Shown here: positions 42,153 through 51,220 of the stretch, piece by piece
Layout of the letters: each line of letters opens with the position of its first letter
How positions within the stretch are numbered: position 1 is the stretch's first letter
NCBI GenBank assembly: GCA_963733035.1
Contig: CAVTBU010000004.1
Location: 1-64,000, forward strand
Length of the DNA stretch: 64,000 bases
Direction: 5' to 3'
From: Pirellulales bacterium
GTDB lineage: Bacteria > Planctomycetota > Planctomycetia > Pirellulales > PALSA-1355
Notes under the pieces: model-generated
What the model was told of the DNA's origin: nothing
Seen by the model: only the letters and a program-made list of their open reading frames with translations
Database searches by the model: none
Program-made: the position numbers and the translations under genes

Positions 42153-43676
42153 CTAATGCTCATGGCCCACAATCGAAATCCCGTCATACCAGACGCCGTT
42201 GCTCTTTCGGCGATGTATGCCACGACCACACATCACTCCACCGAATGTGCGCTGGCTCATGGCACGCTCGCCGGTTGTCTCACACCATCGGCAATACTCG
42301 CCATAGAGGTCGCTGGCTTTGACCGAAGATTGGGCGCCTTCGACGCAACGGTCTTCAATAAATGCACCGAGAACGTCTTGACTTTCACGATACTCGGAAG
42401 TCGCGTTGGCAATCACCTTCGACTGCCCCAATCCGTCGTTCTGCCATGCCAAGCAGCCCTCGACGAGCCATGCCAGAATGCCGGGATGCTCTGCAGCAAG
42501 ATGATCTCGAAGATGTTTGTCCGCCCGTAAACGCTCTGAGCCCGACTCGCCGCGATCGGGGTCCCAAAATCGCTGCTGAAACGGAATGAGCACTAGACGG
42601 CGCCAAATCCCGTGGTCCGTGCCGTGCACCCGCGGTTTCTGATTGGTCAGCAACAAGAGAGTGTGAGATGGCCGGAACTGCCAAAAATCTTCCCTCATAC
42701 GCCGGGCTTTTAGCGTATCGCCACCGGTGATTTCCTTCACAAATCCCTCTCGAAGTCTTCGGCCGTCATCGGTCTCACTTGCAACGACGAGGCGTTTCCC
42801 ATGCAAATCCGCGAGCTCCGTTGGATGTCGATCGTTCGGACGCGACATGAGCATTTCCGCATTGATTTTGCAAGCAAAGTCCGATCCAAGAACGTCCATA
42901 ATCGTCTCTATAAATAAGCCTTTGCCATTGGATCCGCCTCCATAGAAGATGGGGAGCAAGTGCTCAACGACCGTTCCGGTGAGAGCGTAGCCTAGAAGCC
43001 GCTGTATGAAACCGATTAATTCGCAGTCGTCGTCGAAGATCGTTGACACAGCCCTCGTCCATCGCTCGCAGCTTGCGTCAGGGTCGAATGGCACGGGACA
43101 GATTTTCGTCAGTAGGTCACTTCGATCGTGACGTCGTAGCTTGCCGGCCTGAAGATCTAACGTGCCGTTCAATACATTGAGCAGCGACGGTTGACGATCG
43201 AGTGAGTCGGGCAGAACCGACACTCCGGGCTCACTTTTTGCCAGCGAAAGCATGTTATTGATTCCGCGAGCGCTTGCCGTATGGCGGGCGAAGTTGGTCA
43301 GCCATCTTCCCGTCGTCGAGTCAGCGTCTGGCATTATCACGCCGACCGCCTTCCAGACGTCGCTTGCAACCTGCTTGGCCAGCTGTTCGACCTTTTTCGT
43401 CTCATCGACCTTCCATCGTTTACCGTCCCACACGAGCCACTTGCCCCAGGGTTCGCACCAGCGCACGTTCGTCCCATGCGCTTTACTAAACCGAATAGCG
43501 TTGGCAATATCAGTTCTTCCAGAGGGCAACCTAAGATCGATTGGTTCGGCAATGATCCTGACGTGATCAGGATCGCCGGTCACACTGTGACGCGATCCGT
43601 TTGTCTCAAAGCCGTTAGCCCCGTCGCCCCACGCGGCCTCCTGTGCCAACCTATTGAAATCCATTTCGTCGCTCAT
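42153..43676 (-). CDS. P4/D5-family primase-associated SF3 helicase
   Basis: WLVWDGKRW, LNVLNGTLDL, GGGSNGKG Walker A, ITGGD, TNQKP and WRRL motifs; C-terminal winged helix. Confidence 0.9.
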   Translation of the reverse strand: MSDEMDFNRLAQEAAWGDGANGFETNGSRHSVTGDPDHVRIIAEPIDLRLPSGRTDIANAIRFSKAHGTNVRWCEPWGKWLVWDGKRWKVDETKKVEQLAKQVASDVWKAVGVIMPDADSTTGRWLTNFARHTASARGINNMLSLAKSEPGVSVLPDSLDRQPSLLNVLNGTLDLQAGKLRRHDRSDLLTKICPVPFDPDASCERWTRAVSTIFDDDCELIGFIQRLLGYALTGTVVEHLLPIFYGGGSNGKGLFIETIMDVLGSDFACKINAEMLMSRPNDRHPTELADLHGKRLVVASETDDGRRLREGFVKEITGGDTLKARRMREDFWQFRPSHTLLLLTNQKPRVHGTDHGIWRRLVLIPFQQRFWDPDRGESGSERLRADKHLRDHLAAEHPGILAWLVEGCLAWQNDGLGQSKVIANATSEYRESQDVLGAFIEDRCVEGAQSSVKASDLYGEYCRWCETTGERAMSQRTFGGVMCGRGIHRRKSNGVWYDGISIVGHEH

Positions 43677-44113
43677 CGTGCAACCCTGCGAGTAAGTCTG
43701 ATTCCTTGGCTCAAGGCGTAGCTCTCGATGGCATCGAGGGCGACAGAGAGGCGAGAAAGGCGCAGGACGAGCTTGCTGGCTGTTTCAATTGTTGCCTGCG
43801 AAGCGCCGGTAAGAGCCCTGATTCGCCGCCCCCAGACGTCTACAGTGCAGAATTCCGCGTCGCGAATCTCTTCCGCTCGCTCATTGATAGCGATCTGCGC
43901 CCAGTCAAACGCTTCCGCCACGCCGCCGGGACCCCTTTCGTCGTCGATGCGCACTAAGGCGCGGTATAGCCGCGTGCACAGCCATACTTCCATCGCGTCG
44001 GCTTGCCCAACGTTATCAAGTTCTGGCGTTCTCACTTGTGTAACCTCCTTCGAGGACCTGACCTCTACGACCCGATCCGGAGGGTCACCCACATCCGGCG
44101 TTGTTGAGTCCAA
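43673..44113 (-). CDS. Hypothetical protein
   Basis: Stop overlaps the helicase start (ATGA). Confidence 0.55.
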   Translation of the reverse strand: MDSTTPDVGDPPDRVVEVRSSKEVTQVRTPELDNVGQADAMEVWLCTRLYRALVRIDDERGPGGVAEAFDWAQIAINERAEEIRDAEFCTVDVWGRRIRALTGASQATIETASKLVLRLSRLSVALDAIESYALSQGIRLTRRVAR

Positions 44114-44469
44114 TCGACGACCGCCGCAATGGGCTGCAACTGTCGCAGGTGTATCTGTTCGCGTCCCCGCTCAATCTCCGGAAGAAACAGAAGCTCTTCC
44201 TGAATGTCCGGGGCGAGCAGGAGCAGATTCATGATTTGCGTGACCCGAGCTCTGCTGACGTGACCCAGGCGGGCGATTTCGGCGTAGTCCCGAACCTTCC
44301 CAGCGCGGATCAAACCATCGAAGTGAACGGCCAGTGCCATCAAGCGAGCAACTCGAGGAATTCGGCCTGAGGGCGACTCGGTTACCCGCCGTGGCCCCTT
44401 CTGCAAAACCTTCCGACCATGTGCGCATCGCGCCACATGGAACTCACAGTCGACGGTCAGACTGCTCAT
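44065..44469 (-). CDS. Hypothetical HTH protein associated with the serine recombinase
   Basis: ATGA overlap with the recombinase stop; RVARLMALA...YAEIARLGHVSRARVTQIMNLLLLAPDIQE. Confidence 0.75.
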   Translation of the reverse strand: MSSLTVDCEFHVARCAHGRKVLQKGPRRVTESPSGRIPRVARLMALAVHFDGLIRAGKVRDYAEIARLGHVSRARVTQIMNLLLLAPDIQEELLFLPEIERGREQIHLRQLQPIAAVVDWTQQRRMWVTLRIGS

Positions 44470-46031
44470 GCACTTTGCTCCTGTTTGTCCACGAGGCATT
44501 GCAGGCCCGTTGGATGGAAGGTGATCGACACCTTGCCGGCCACACCGTCGAAGTCGACTCGCTTTACCACCAGTTGGATCAACTGCACCTGCTCGCGCGG
44601 AGTGAGCGCATTCCACACGGGATCGAACTGCGACAGGGCCTTGGCGGCTAGCTGCTCGTCCAATGCCTCTCGGCGAAGATGGTCGAGTTGATCGTCGATT
44701 TCGGCGAGGCGAGCTTCCCCGACGCGGATTCGCTCTAGCAGGTCCGCCAGGCGAGCAACGGCTGGCGAGTCGACGTCTCCCGAAGTCGCTGGCCCCAATA
44801 GGCCACGGCTGTCGGCACTACGGCGCGACAGTTCACGCTCGAGCGCACGCCGTTCCGACTTCAGCTCAGTGGTACGCAATTCCGACTGTCTGCGGGCCTG
44901 CTGCAGCGTTTCAGCAACCAACGTCGGATCGCCGCCCAGGCTCCCAATCTGGTCGACAACCACCTGCTCGATCTGATGCGCGGGCACGGACGGGGATGGA
45001 CAGGCTCCGCGACCGTTCTGCTGACCGTGCTGACAGCGATAATATCGGTATCGCTTTTGGCGATCCTTGGTCGCATACGTGGGCGTCATTAAACAGCCGC
45101 AGGCCACGCACCACACAATCCCTTTGAGCAAAGCGTTCGACTTGTTTCTGGCGGCCGAGCCGCCCCGTTGGCTGTTCCGGGCAAGCTGTTCCTGGGTGCG
45201 CTGCCAAGTTTCCGGGTCCACGATCGCGTCGTGCTGGCCATCGTAGATTTCACGCTTGTACTGCGTTTTGCCGATATACGTGACGTTGGTCAGCAGCCGG
45301 TGCAGACTCGTCTTGGTAAATGCCTTTCCCCCAAGACGGCGGCCATCCTTGGTCGTTGATACCTTGCCTTTCCGGCCTCGCCTAACCAGCTCTTGGACAA
45401 CTGAAATCAGCCCTCCCAATTTCAGGTACAGCCGAAATATCTCCCGGACCAGCTCAGCCTCCGGTGCATTGACCACCAATCGCCTATCCACGACGTCATA
45501 ACCCAACACGGGCCGGCCACCCAGCCAATAGCCCCTCCGTCGTGCCGCGGCCATCTTGTCGCGTGTCCGCTCCGAAATCATTTCCCGTTCAAATTCGGCG
45601 AAGCTGAGCAGCATGTTCAGCATCAGGCGTCCTGACGGCGTGGTCGTGTTGAACGCCTGAGTGACGCTGACAAACATCACGTTGTGCTTCTGGCAAAGAT
45701 CCATCAGCCACAGAAAATCGCGAAGCGACCGGCTAATGCGATCGACCTTGTAGACAACAATGCAGTCGATCTTGCCCCCAATAAGGTCTTCCTTAAGGCT
45801 GCGAAGCCCAGGTCGTTCCATATTGGCGCCGGAATACCCCAGGTCGTCGTAGCGCTTCTCAACGCACTCCCAGCCTTCCTGTCGCTGACTGGCGACGAAC
45901 GCCACGCCCGAGTCTCGTTGGGCTTCAATCGAGGTGTAGCCCTGGTCGGCACCTTCGGATGTGGACTTACGCGTGTAAACCGCGCACCGATAGATGGTTT
46001 TGAACTTCCAATGCTTCGGGTCTGCTTTCAT
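44466..46031 (-). CDS. Large serine recombinase
   Basis: YTRKST, SGANMERPGL and VYKVDRISRS motifs; recombinase domain, CxxC Zn ribbon and coiled coil. Confidence 0.93.
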   Translation of the reverse strand: MKADPKHWKFKTIYRCAVYTRKSTSEGADQGYTSIEAQRDSGVAFVASQRQEGWECVEKRYDDLGYSGANMERPGLRSLKEDLIGGKIDCIVVYKVDRISRSLRDFLWLMDLCQKHNVMFVSVTQAFNTTTPSGRLMLNMLLSFAEFEREMISERTRDKMAAARRRGYWLGGRPVLGYDVVDRRLVVNAPEAELVREIFRLYLKLGGLISVVQELVRRGRKGKVSTTKDGRRLGGKAFTKTSLHRLLTNVTYIGKTQYKREIYDGQHDAIVDPETWQRTQEQLARNSQRGGSAARNKSNALLKGIVWCVACGCLMTPTYATKDRQKRYRYYRCQHGQQNGRGACPSPSVPAHQIEQVVVDQIGSLGGDPTLVAETLQQARRQSELRTTELKSERRALERELSRRSADSRGLLGPATSGDVDSPAVARLADLLERIRVGEARLAEIDDQLDHLRREALDEQLAAKALSQFDPVWNALTPREQVQLIQLVVKRVDFDGVAGKVSITFHPTGLQCLVDKQEQSA

Positions 46032-46505
46032 GGCTTACCTCCAGCCAGTCCAAAGAACTGGTAGCCATTGCAGTGCGAACCGGTGATCTTCTTGGCCAAC
46101 CCCGAAAGGGATTTAAAACGCTCGCCTTCGTACTCGAATCCGTCGGTGACGACTTTCACTTGCAGGGTTCGGCCCTTGTAGGTGCGAGTGATGACCGTAC
46201 CTGGTACAGGCAACCGGTGGTCACGGGTTACCACGGCGTGCCTCGGAACTTCCGGTACGGTTCCGTTCTGCTTCGGAGGCGAAAGTCGCAGGTCGGATTC
46301 GCGCCAGTTCGGCGGCTCGCCGCTGTGCACGTTCGGACAGGCCGCCTTCGGCCAGAGCTTGTAGTCGCCACGCGATACGCTTGACTAACCAGTTCTTGTG
46401 GCGAGCCCCCGTCGGTTCGCCAAAGACTTCGGCGTACTTTGAGCGAAGCTCGTCGACCGTCATTTGCTGCAGCTCAATCAGCGTGCTCGCAAGGTGCAAT
46501 GTCAC
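46028..46505 (-). CDS. DUF2924-like protein (frameshift near 46300)
   Basis: ELRSKYAEVFG...RIAWRLQALAEGGLS; PVPGTVITRTYKG...SLSGLAKKITGSHCNGYQFFGL. Confidence 0.8.
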
Positions 46506-46711
46506 GGGTCCTCCTTTCTCGGCTCTCGTCGGCCGTTAACCCCATGGACACTGAGCACGGTTTCCGACGAAACCTCAAGGCATGTTTCCGGCTGGCCGCA
46601 ACGAATGTCCGCCGCGTTACAAGATGCAGCCGATTTGCGTTGCAATCGCAGCAATCCTGTCGCCAGGATGTTCGCTAGTTCGGCCCGTCGAGGTTCGACT
46701 TCTGGCGGCAA
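46502..46711 (-). CDS. Small hypothetical protein
   Basis: GGAGGAGG RBS; RRAELANILATGLLRL; coupled to the DUF2924 start. Confidence 0.55.
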   Translation of the reverse strand: MPPEVEPRRAELANILATGLLRLQRKSAASCNAADIRCGQPETCLEVSSETVLSVHGVNGRREPRKEDP

Positions 46712-47155
46712 AATAAACCTCCTCCCTGATGTCTCTTCGTTACGGTCCGACTCAGCCCGGTCGTCTGATGACAGCCGGAGTGAACACAGCTCAGTCTAGC
46801 GCCCGACTACGAATCGTGGGCGGCCGAATGCGCCAGGTGGGGCCTCGTACGTCAATAGATGGGTTTCTCAGGCACGCCAGGCGCGCTTGCGCAGCAAGAC
46901 GATCTGTTAACTCGTCGCCAAAGTCGGTCAGAGAGTCCGAGAGTTTGCGGGTGTCTCGCGCGGGGTTCGATCGATACCATGAAGGTTACGAGCGGGCCCC
47001 CGAAAGATCTTTTCAAACCCGAGAGAGGACCTAGAGAGACGGCGATTGACAGAAGGTCGGCCGACGTAGCGGGATAAACGCCAAACGCCCGCTCACCGGG
47101 GATCGGCGACGGGCGTTAACTCAAATGGAGGCGGGATTTTGCATCCCCTCAAGAG

Positions 47156-47229
<74 letters not shown>

Positions 47230-47549
47230 GTGTGGTAAACGATCTAATTTAGTGCGATTTTTGTCATTCGGCAAGCCGCAATCTTGGCCACGGCCAGCAG
47301 GCCAATAAGTGCCAGTGGTGCGGGTTTTGCCTTTCATGACAGGCGCTTTACGACGGAACAACATGTCCTTGCTCATTTGTTGCCGGCGCCGGGGAAGTTC
47401 CCGTGGTAGGATCTAGAGAAACCTTCCCGATTTGATAGAGTTTCCCGCCGCTAGTTGCTCCTCGCCGAATCGGAACCGGTAGTTTGGAGCTCATTCCAGG
47501 TTTGTAAACTGGGCATCCTCTGCCCTGGTTCGATCCCTAGGACACGCTG

Positions 47550-49517
47550 ATGATGGATGATTCGGTCTTGTCAGCCATCGAAGGTCGGCGCCGTGTGGTC
47601 GTCGAGAATGTGCAGCCGACCGTCGATTGCGGCCGCTTCCCAATCAAGCGTACGCCAGGCGAGCAAGTGGTCGTTACGGCCGACGTCTTTGCCGACGGCC
47701 ACGACACCGTACGTGCGGCCCTGCTATGGCGGATCCGGGGAGAAACCGTCTGGCGTATTTCGGCCATGACAGGCCTGGGCAACGATCGATGGCAAGGCTC
47801 GTTCCCGATCGACACGATGGCGCCGTATGAGTATGCCGTTCGCGGCTGGGTGGACGCCTTCGAAACATGGCATCACGACCTCAAGAAGCGGATCGATGCC
47901 GAGCAGGATATCGATATCGATTTGCAAATCGGAGCGAAACTCCTGGGTGAAGCGGCAGGGCGTGCCGACGGCGAGGATGCGGCACGTCTACGACATTGGC
48001 AAAGTGTCTTGGCGACGAACCACAATGTATCTGCCTATCAAGCGGCCGCCGCCGAGCTGGAGGAGGTGGCGCTACGACATCCCGATCTCCGATTTGCCGT
48101 GGAATCGACTCCGTTGGCGGTCGACGTCGAACGACAGCGGGCTCGCTTCAGCAGCTGGTACGAGTTTTTCCCCCGTTCGACGACTGGCGACCCAAATCGC
48201 CATGGCACCTTTCGCGACTGCATTGGTTGGATACCCCGAATCGCCGAGATGGGCTTCGATGTGATCTACCTGCCGCCGATCCATCCAATCGGCCAGCAGT
48301 TTCGCAAAGGCAAGAACAACCGCACCGAGGCCCAAGCTGACGACGTGGGTTCTCCGTGGGCGATCGGGTCCGAAGAAGGGGGCCACAAAGCAATCCATCC
48401 CCAGCTAGGTACCCTCGAAGATTTCCATGCCCTCGTGGCGGCAGCTAATGAACGAGGCATGGACGTTGCACTGGATATCGCTTTCCAATGTTCACCCGAT
48501 CACCCGTATGTGAAGGAGCATCCAGAGTGGTTCCGTGCACGTCCCGACGGCACGATCCAATACGCAGAAAACCCGCCCAAGAAGTATCAAGACATCTACC
48601 CCTTCGACTTCGAAACGCCTGAGTGGCAGTCGCTGTGGCGCGAGTTGGCGGACGTCTTCCTTTATTGGTGCGAGCAGGGCGTGCGGATGTTTCGCGTCGA
48701 CAATCCACACACGAAATCGCTTGCATTTTGGGAATTCTGCCTGGCGGAAGTGAAAGCAAGATTTCCAGATACGATCTTTCTCTCCGAAGCTTTCACTCGC
48801 CCTCGCGTGATGTATCGCCTGGCGAAACTCGGCTTTTCACAGTCCTACACCTATTTCACGTGGCGCAACACTTCGCAGGAACTGACCGAATACTTTACGG
48901 AGCTAACGCAGCCACCTGTCAAGGATTTCTTCCGACCCAACTTGTGGCCAAATACTCCCGATATTCTGCCCGAGCATTTGCAAGTCGGTGGCAGGGCGGC
49001 ATTTATCGCGAGATTGGTGTTGGCCGGAACTCTCTCGTCGAATTACGGCCTCTACGGCCCCGCGTTTGAAACGATGCAGCACTTGCCGCGCGAGGCCGGC
49101 AGCGAAGAATACCTCCATTCGGAGAAGTATCAGATTCGAGCCTGGGATTTCAGCAGCCCAGGTGACCTTGGAGACCTGATTAGCAAGCTCAATCGAGTTC
49201 GGAGAGAGAATCCAGCACTGCAGTGGAACGAAAGGCTGGTCTTTCATCGGACCGATAACGATCGCATTTTGTGCTACAGCAAGCGGAGTGAGGATGGATG
49301 CAATCTACTTCTGATCGCCGTCAATCTGAATTTTCGCGACACGGAGCAAGGCTTCCTCCGTTTGCAGATGGACCAGCTGGGGCTTTCGCTAGACCGCCCT
49401 TACCAACTCCACGACTTGCTCACGGACCAGATGTTCACCTGGCAGGGAGACCGAAACTTCGTCAAGCTCGACCCACAAAAGCTGCCAGCTCACATATTTC
49501 GAATCGCGCAAGCGTGA
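47550..49517 (+). CDS. glgE: Alpha-1,4-glucan:maltose-1-phosphate maltosyltransferase
   Basis: WYEFFPRS, YLPPIHPIG, AENPPKKYQDI, FRVDNPHTK, SEAFTRP and NTPDIL motifs. Confidence 0.95.
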   Translation: MMDDSVLSAIEGRRRVVVENVQPTVDCGRFPIKRTPGEQVVVTADVFADGHDTVRAALLWRIRGETVWRISAMTGLGNDRWQGSFPIDTMAPYEYAVRGWVDAFETWHHDLKKRIDAEQDIDIDLQIGAKLLGEAAGRADGEDAARLRHWQSVLATNHNVSAYQAAAAELEEVALRHPDLRFAVESTPLAVDVERQRARFSSWYEFFPRSTTGDPNRHGTFRDCIGWIPRIAEMGFDVIYLPPIHPIGQQFRKGKNNRTEAQADDVGSPWAIGSEEGGHKAIHPQLGTLEDFHALVAAANERGMDVALDIAFQCSPDHPYVKEHPEWFRARPDGTIQYAENPPKKYQDIYPFDFETPEWQSLWRELADVFLYWCEQGVRMFRVDNPHTKSLAFWEFCLAEVKARFPDTIFLSEAFTRPRVMYRLAKLGFSQSYTYFTWRNTSQELTEYFTELTQPPVKDFFRPNLWPNTPDILPEHLQVGGRAAFIARLVLAGTLSSNYGLYGPAFETMQHLPREAGSEEYLHSEKYQIRAWDFSSPGDLGDLISKLNRVRRENPALQWNERLVFHRTDNDRILCYSKRSEDGCNLLLIAVNLNFRDTEQGFLRLQMDQLGLSLDRPYQLHDLLTDQMFTWQGDRNFVKLDPQKLPAHIFRIAQA

Positions 49518-49558
49518 AACGCGTGGCTGGTGGAACTGGCCTTCTATAGTAAAGACAC

Positions 49559-51208
49559 ATGGACGACACCGCTTTCACCGGCACGCTGCCGACGCTGGCA
49601 ATTGAGCCCCCATGGAACTGGGACAAGGTGCTTGCAGGGCCGGCCCGAGAATTGTTGACGAAGGCCATGGCCGAGGCGATTGCTACGCGGCGATGGTTCG
49701 GTTCCAAGGCCAGGACCGTTCGCTCGCTTGAAATCCTCGATGCGCTCGCTCTGGACCAACGCATTCGCGCGCTGATCGTTCAAGTGCACTTCGCCTCCGG
49801 CCCGGAAGAAGTCTACCAGATCCCCCTGACCTTTTTACCCGCGGGTGGAGAGGCGCCGACATCGGGCGATATGCTCTGGATCCAGGTTCGATCGTCGTCC
49901 GGCGAACTGCTCGGAGGGTTCGTCGATGCGCTCGGAGATCAACAGTTCCTCAAGCTTTTGTTGGAACTATTCGACCAACCCGGCGTACGAGCAGGAACAA
50001 ACGGCAAGGTGCTGATTCAGCGATCCGCGGCATTTTCCGAGGCTCGGGGTGACGCGAAGCAAATTCTCGCGCCCAGGTTGGTGCAGGCGGAACAAAGCAA
50101 CAGTTCCGTGATCTATGGCGATCGCCTCATCATGAAGATCTTCCGTCGCATCGAAATGGGACTGAATCCGGATGTTGAAATCAGCAATTTCCTGACTCGG
50201 CAACACTTCGCAAATACGCCGCCACTGGCGGGATCCGTTGACTATCGGCAAGATGGCGAGCCTTGGGCGCTGGCGATGCTGCAGGCGTATGTGCCGAACT
50301 TAGGCGACGCCTGGAAGTTCACACTCGACTGGCTCAGTGCATCCTTACCCTCGTTCGGTGCGGGCGGCCTTGGCAACGACATACCGGCTTCGCCAGATAC
50401 GAATCTTCTTACCGCGGCTCAGGAAGTCGTGGCCGAGCCCGCCAAATCTGCGTTTGGCAACTATCTAACGCGATTGGACCTGCTCGGTCGGCGGACGGCG
50501 GAAATGCATCTCAAGCTCGCTTCCGACTCCCAAGATGCGAACTTCGCCCCCGAACCGTTTACCGAGATTGATCGGCAGCAGTTTTGCCGACGTGCCAGCG
50601 AACAAGCGGGCAAGACGTTCGCCCTGCTACGCGAGCGAGCTGGCAACATGCCAAGCGATCTCAAGCAACAAGCCGAACGTGTGGCATCACTTGAACCGTT
50701 ATCACTAGCACATTTTGCGCGGCTGGCGACCGAGGCGGTCGAGGTTGACAAGATGCGCATCCACGGTGACTACCATCTCGGCCAAATACTTACCACAACG
50801 GATGACTTTGCCATTATCGATTTCGAGGGGGAGCCGATTCGAAGCATTTCAGAGCGCCGCCAGAAACAACCTGCACTGCGCGACGTAGCAGGGATGATCC
50901 GCTCGTTGCACTATGCCAGTTGTGCGGCAGCCAGCGAGGCGCGACCGGCCGCATCGCGCGCTGAATGCGCGGAGGCCTGGATGCGCGCCTGGTATGAATG
51001 GAGCAGCGTCGCGTTTCTCGCCGCCTATCGTCGAAAAGCCGGTGCCGCCCGTTTCCTACCTGCATCCGATGATGCATTTCTGCTCTTGCTGGAGAGCTGC
51101 CTGCTCGACAAGGCAATTTATGAATTGCGATATGAACTCAATAATCGGCCGGACTGGGTCTATCTGCCGATCGCGGCACTTGTAGACTTGCTGCGGAAGC
51201 CTGAATGA
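49559..51208 (+). CDS. Maltokinase (Pep2/Mak-like)
   Basis: RRWFGSK, EQSNSS, RIHGDYHLGQ, IDFEGEP and DVAGMIRS motifs; follows glgE. Confidence 0.88.
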   Translation: MDDTAFTGTLPTLAIEPPWNWDKVLAGPARELLTKAMAEAIATRRWFGSKARTVRSLEILDALALDQRIRALIVQVHFASGPEEVYQIPLTFLPAGGEAPTSGDMLWIQVRSSSGELLGGFVDALGDQQFLKLLLELFDQPGVRAGTNGKVLIQRSAAFSEARGDAKQILAPRLVQAEQSNSSVIYGDRLIMKIFRRIEMGLNPDVEISNFLTRQHFANTPPLAGSVDYRQDGEPWALAMLQAYVPNLGDAWKFTLDWLSASLPSFGAGGLGNDIPASPDTNLLTAAQEVVAEPAKSAFGNYLTRLDLLGRRTAEMHLKLASDSQDANFAPEPFTEIDRQQFCRRASEQAGKTFALLRERAGNMPSDLKQQAERVASLEPLSLAHFARLATEAVEVDKMRIHGDYHLGQILTTTDDFAIIDFEGEPIRSISERRQKQPALRDVAGMIRSLHYASCAAASEARPAASRAECAEAWMRAWYEWSSVAFLAAYRRKAGAARFLPASDDAFLLLLESCLLDKAIYELRYELNNRPDWVYLPIAALVDLLRKPE

Positions 51209-51220
51209 GTTGCTGGGGGT

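Noticed and set aside
47120..47150. TGGAGGCGGGATT resembling a tmRNA/tRNA 3'-end att remnant
   Set aside because: Too short and degenerate; no T-loop match.
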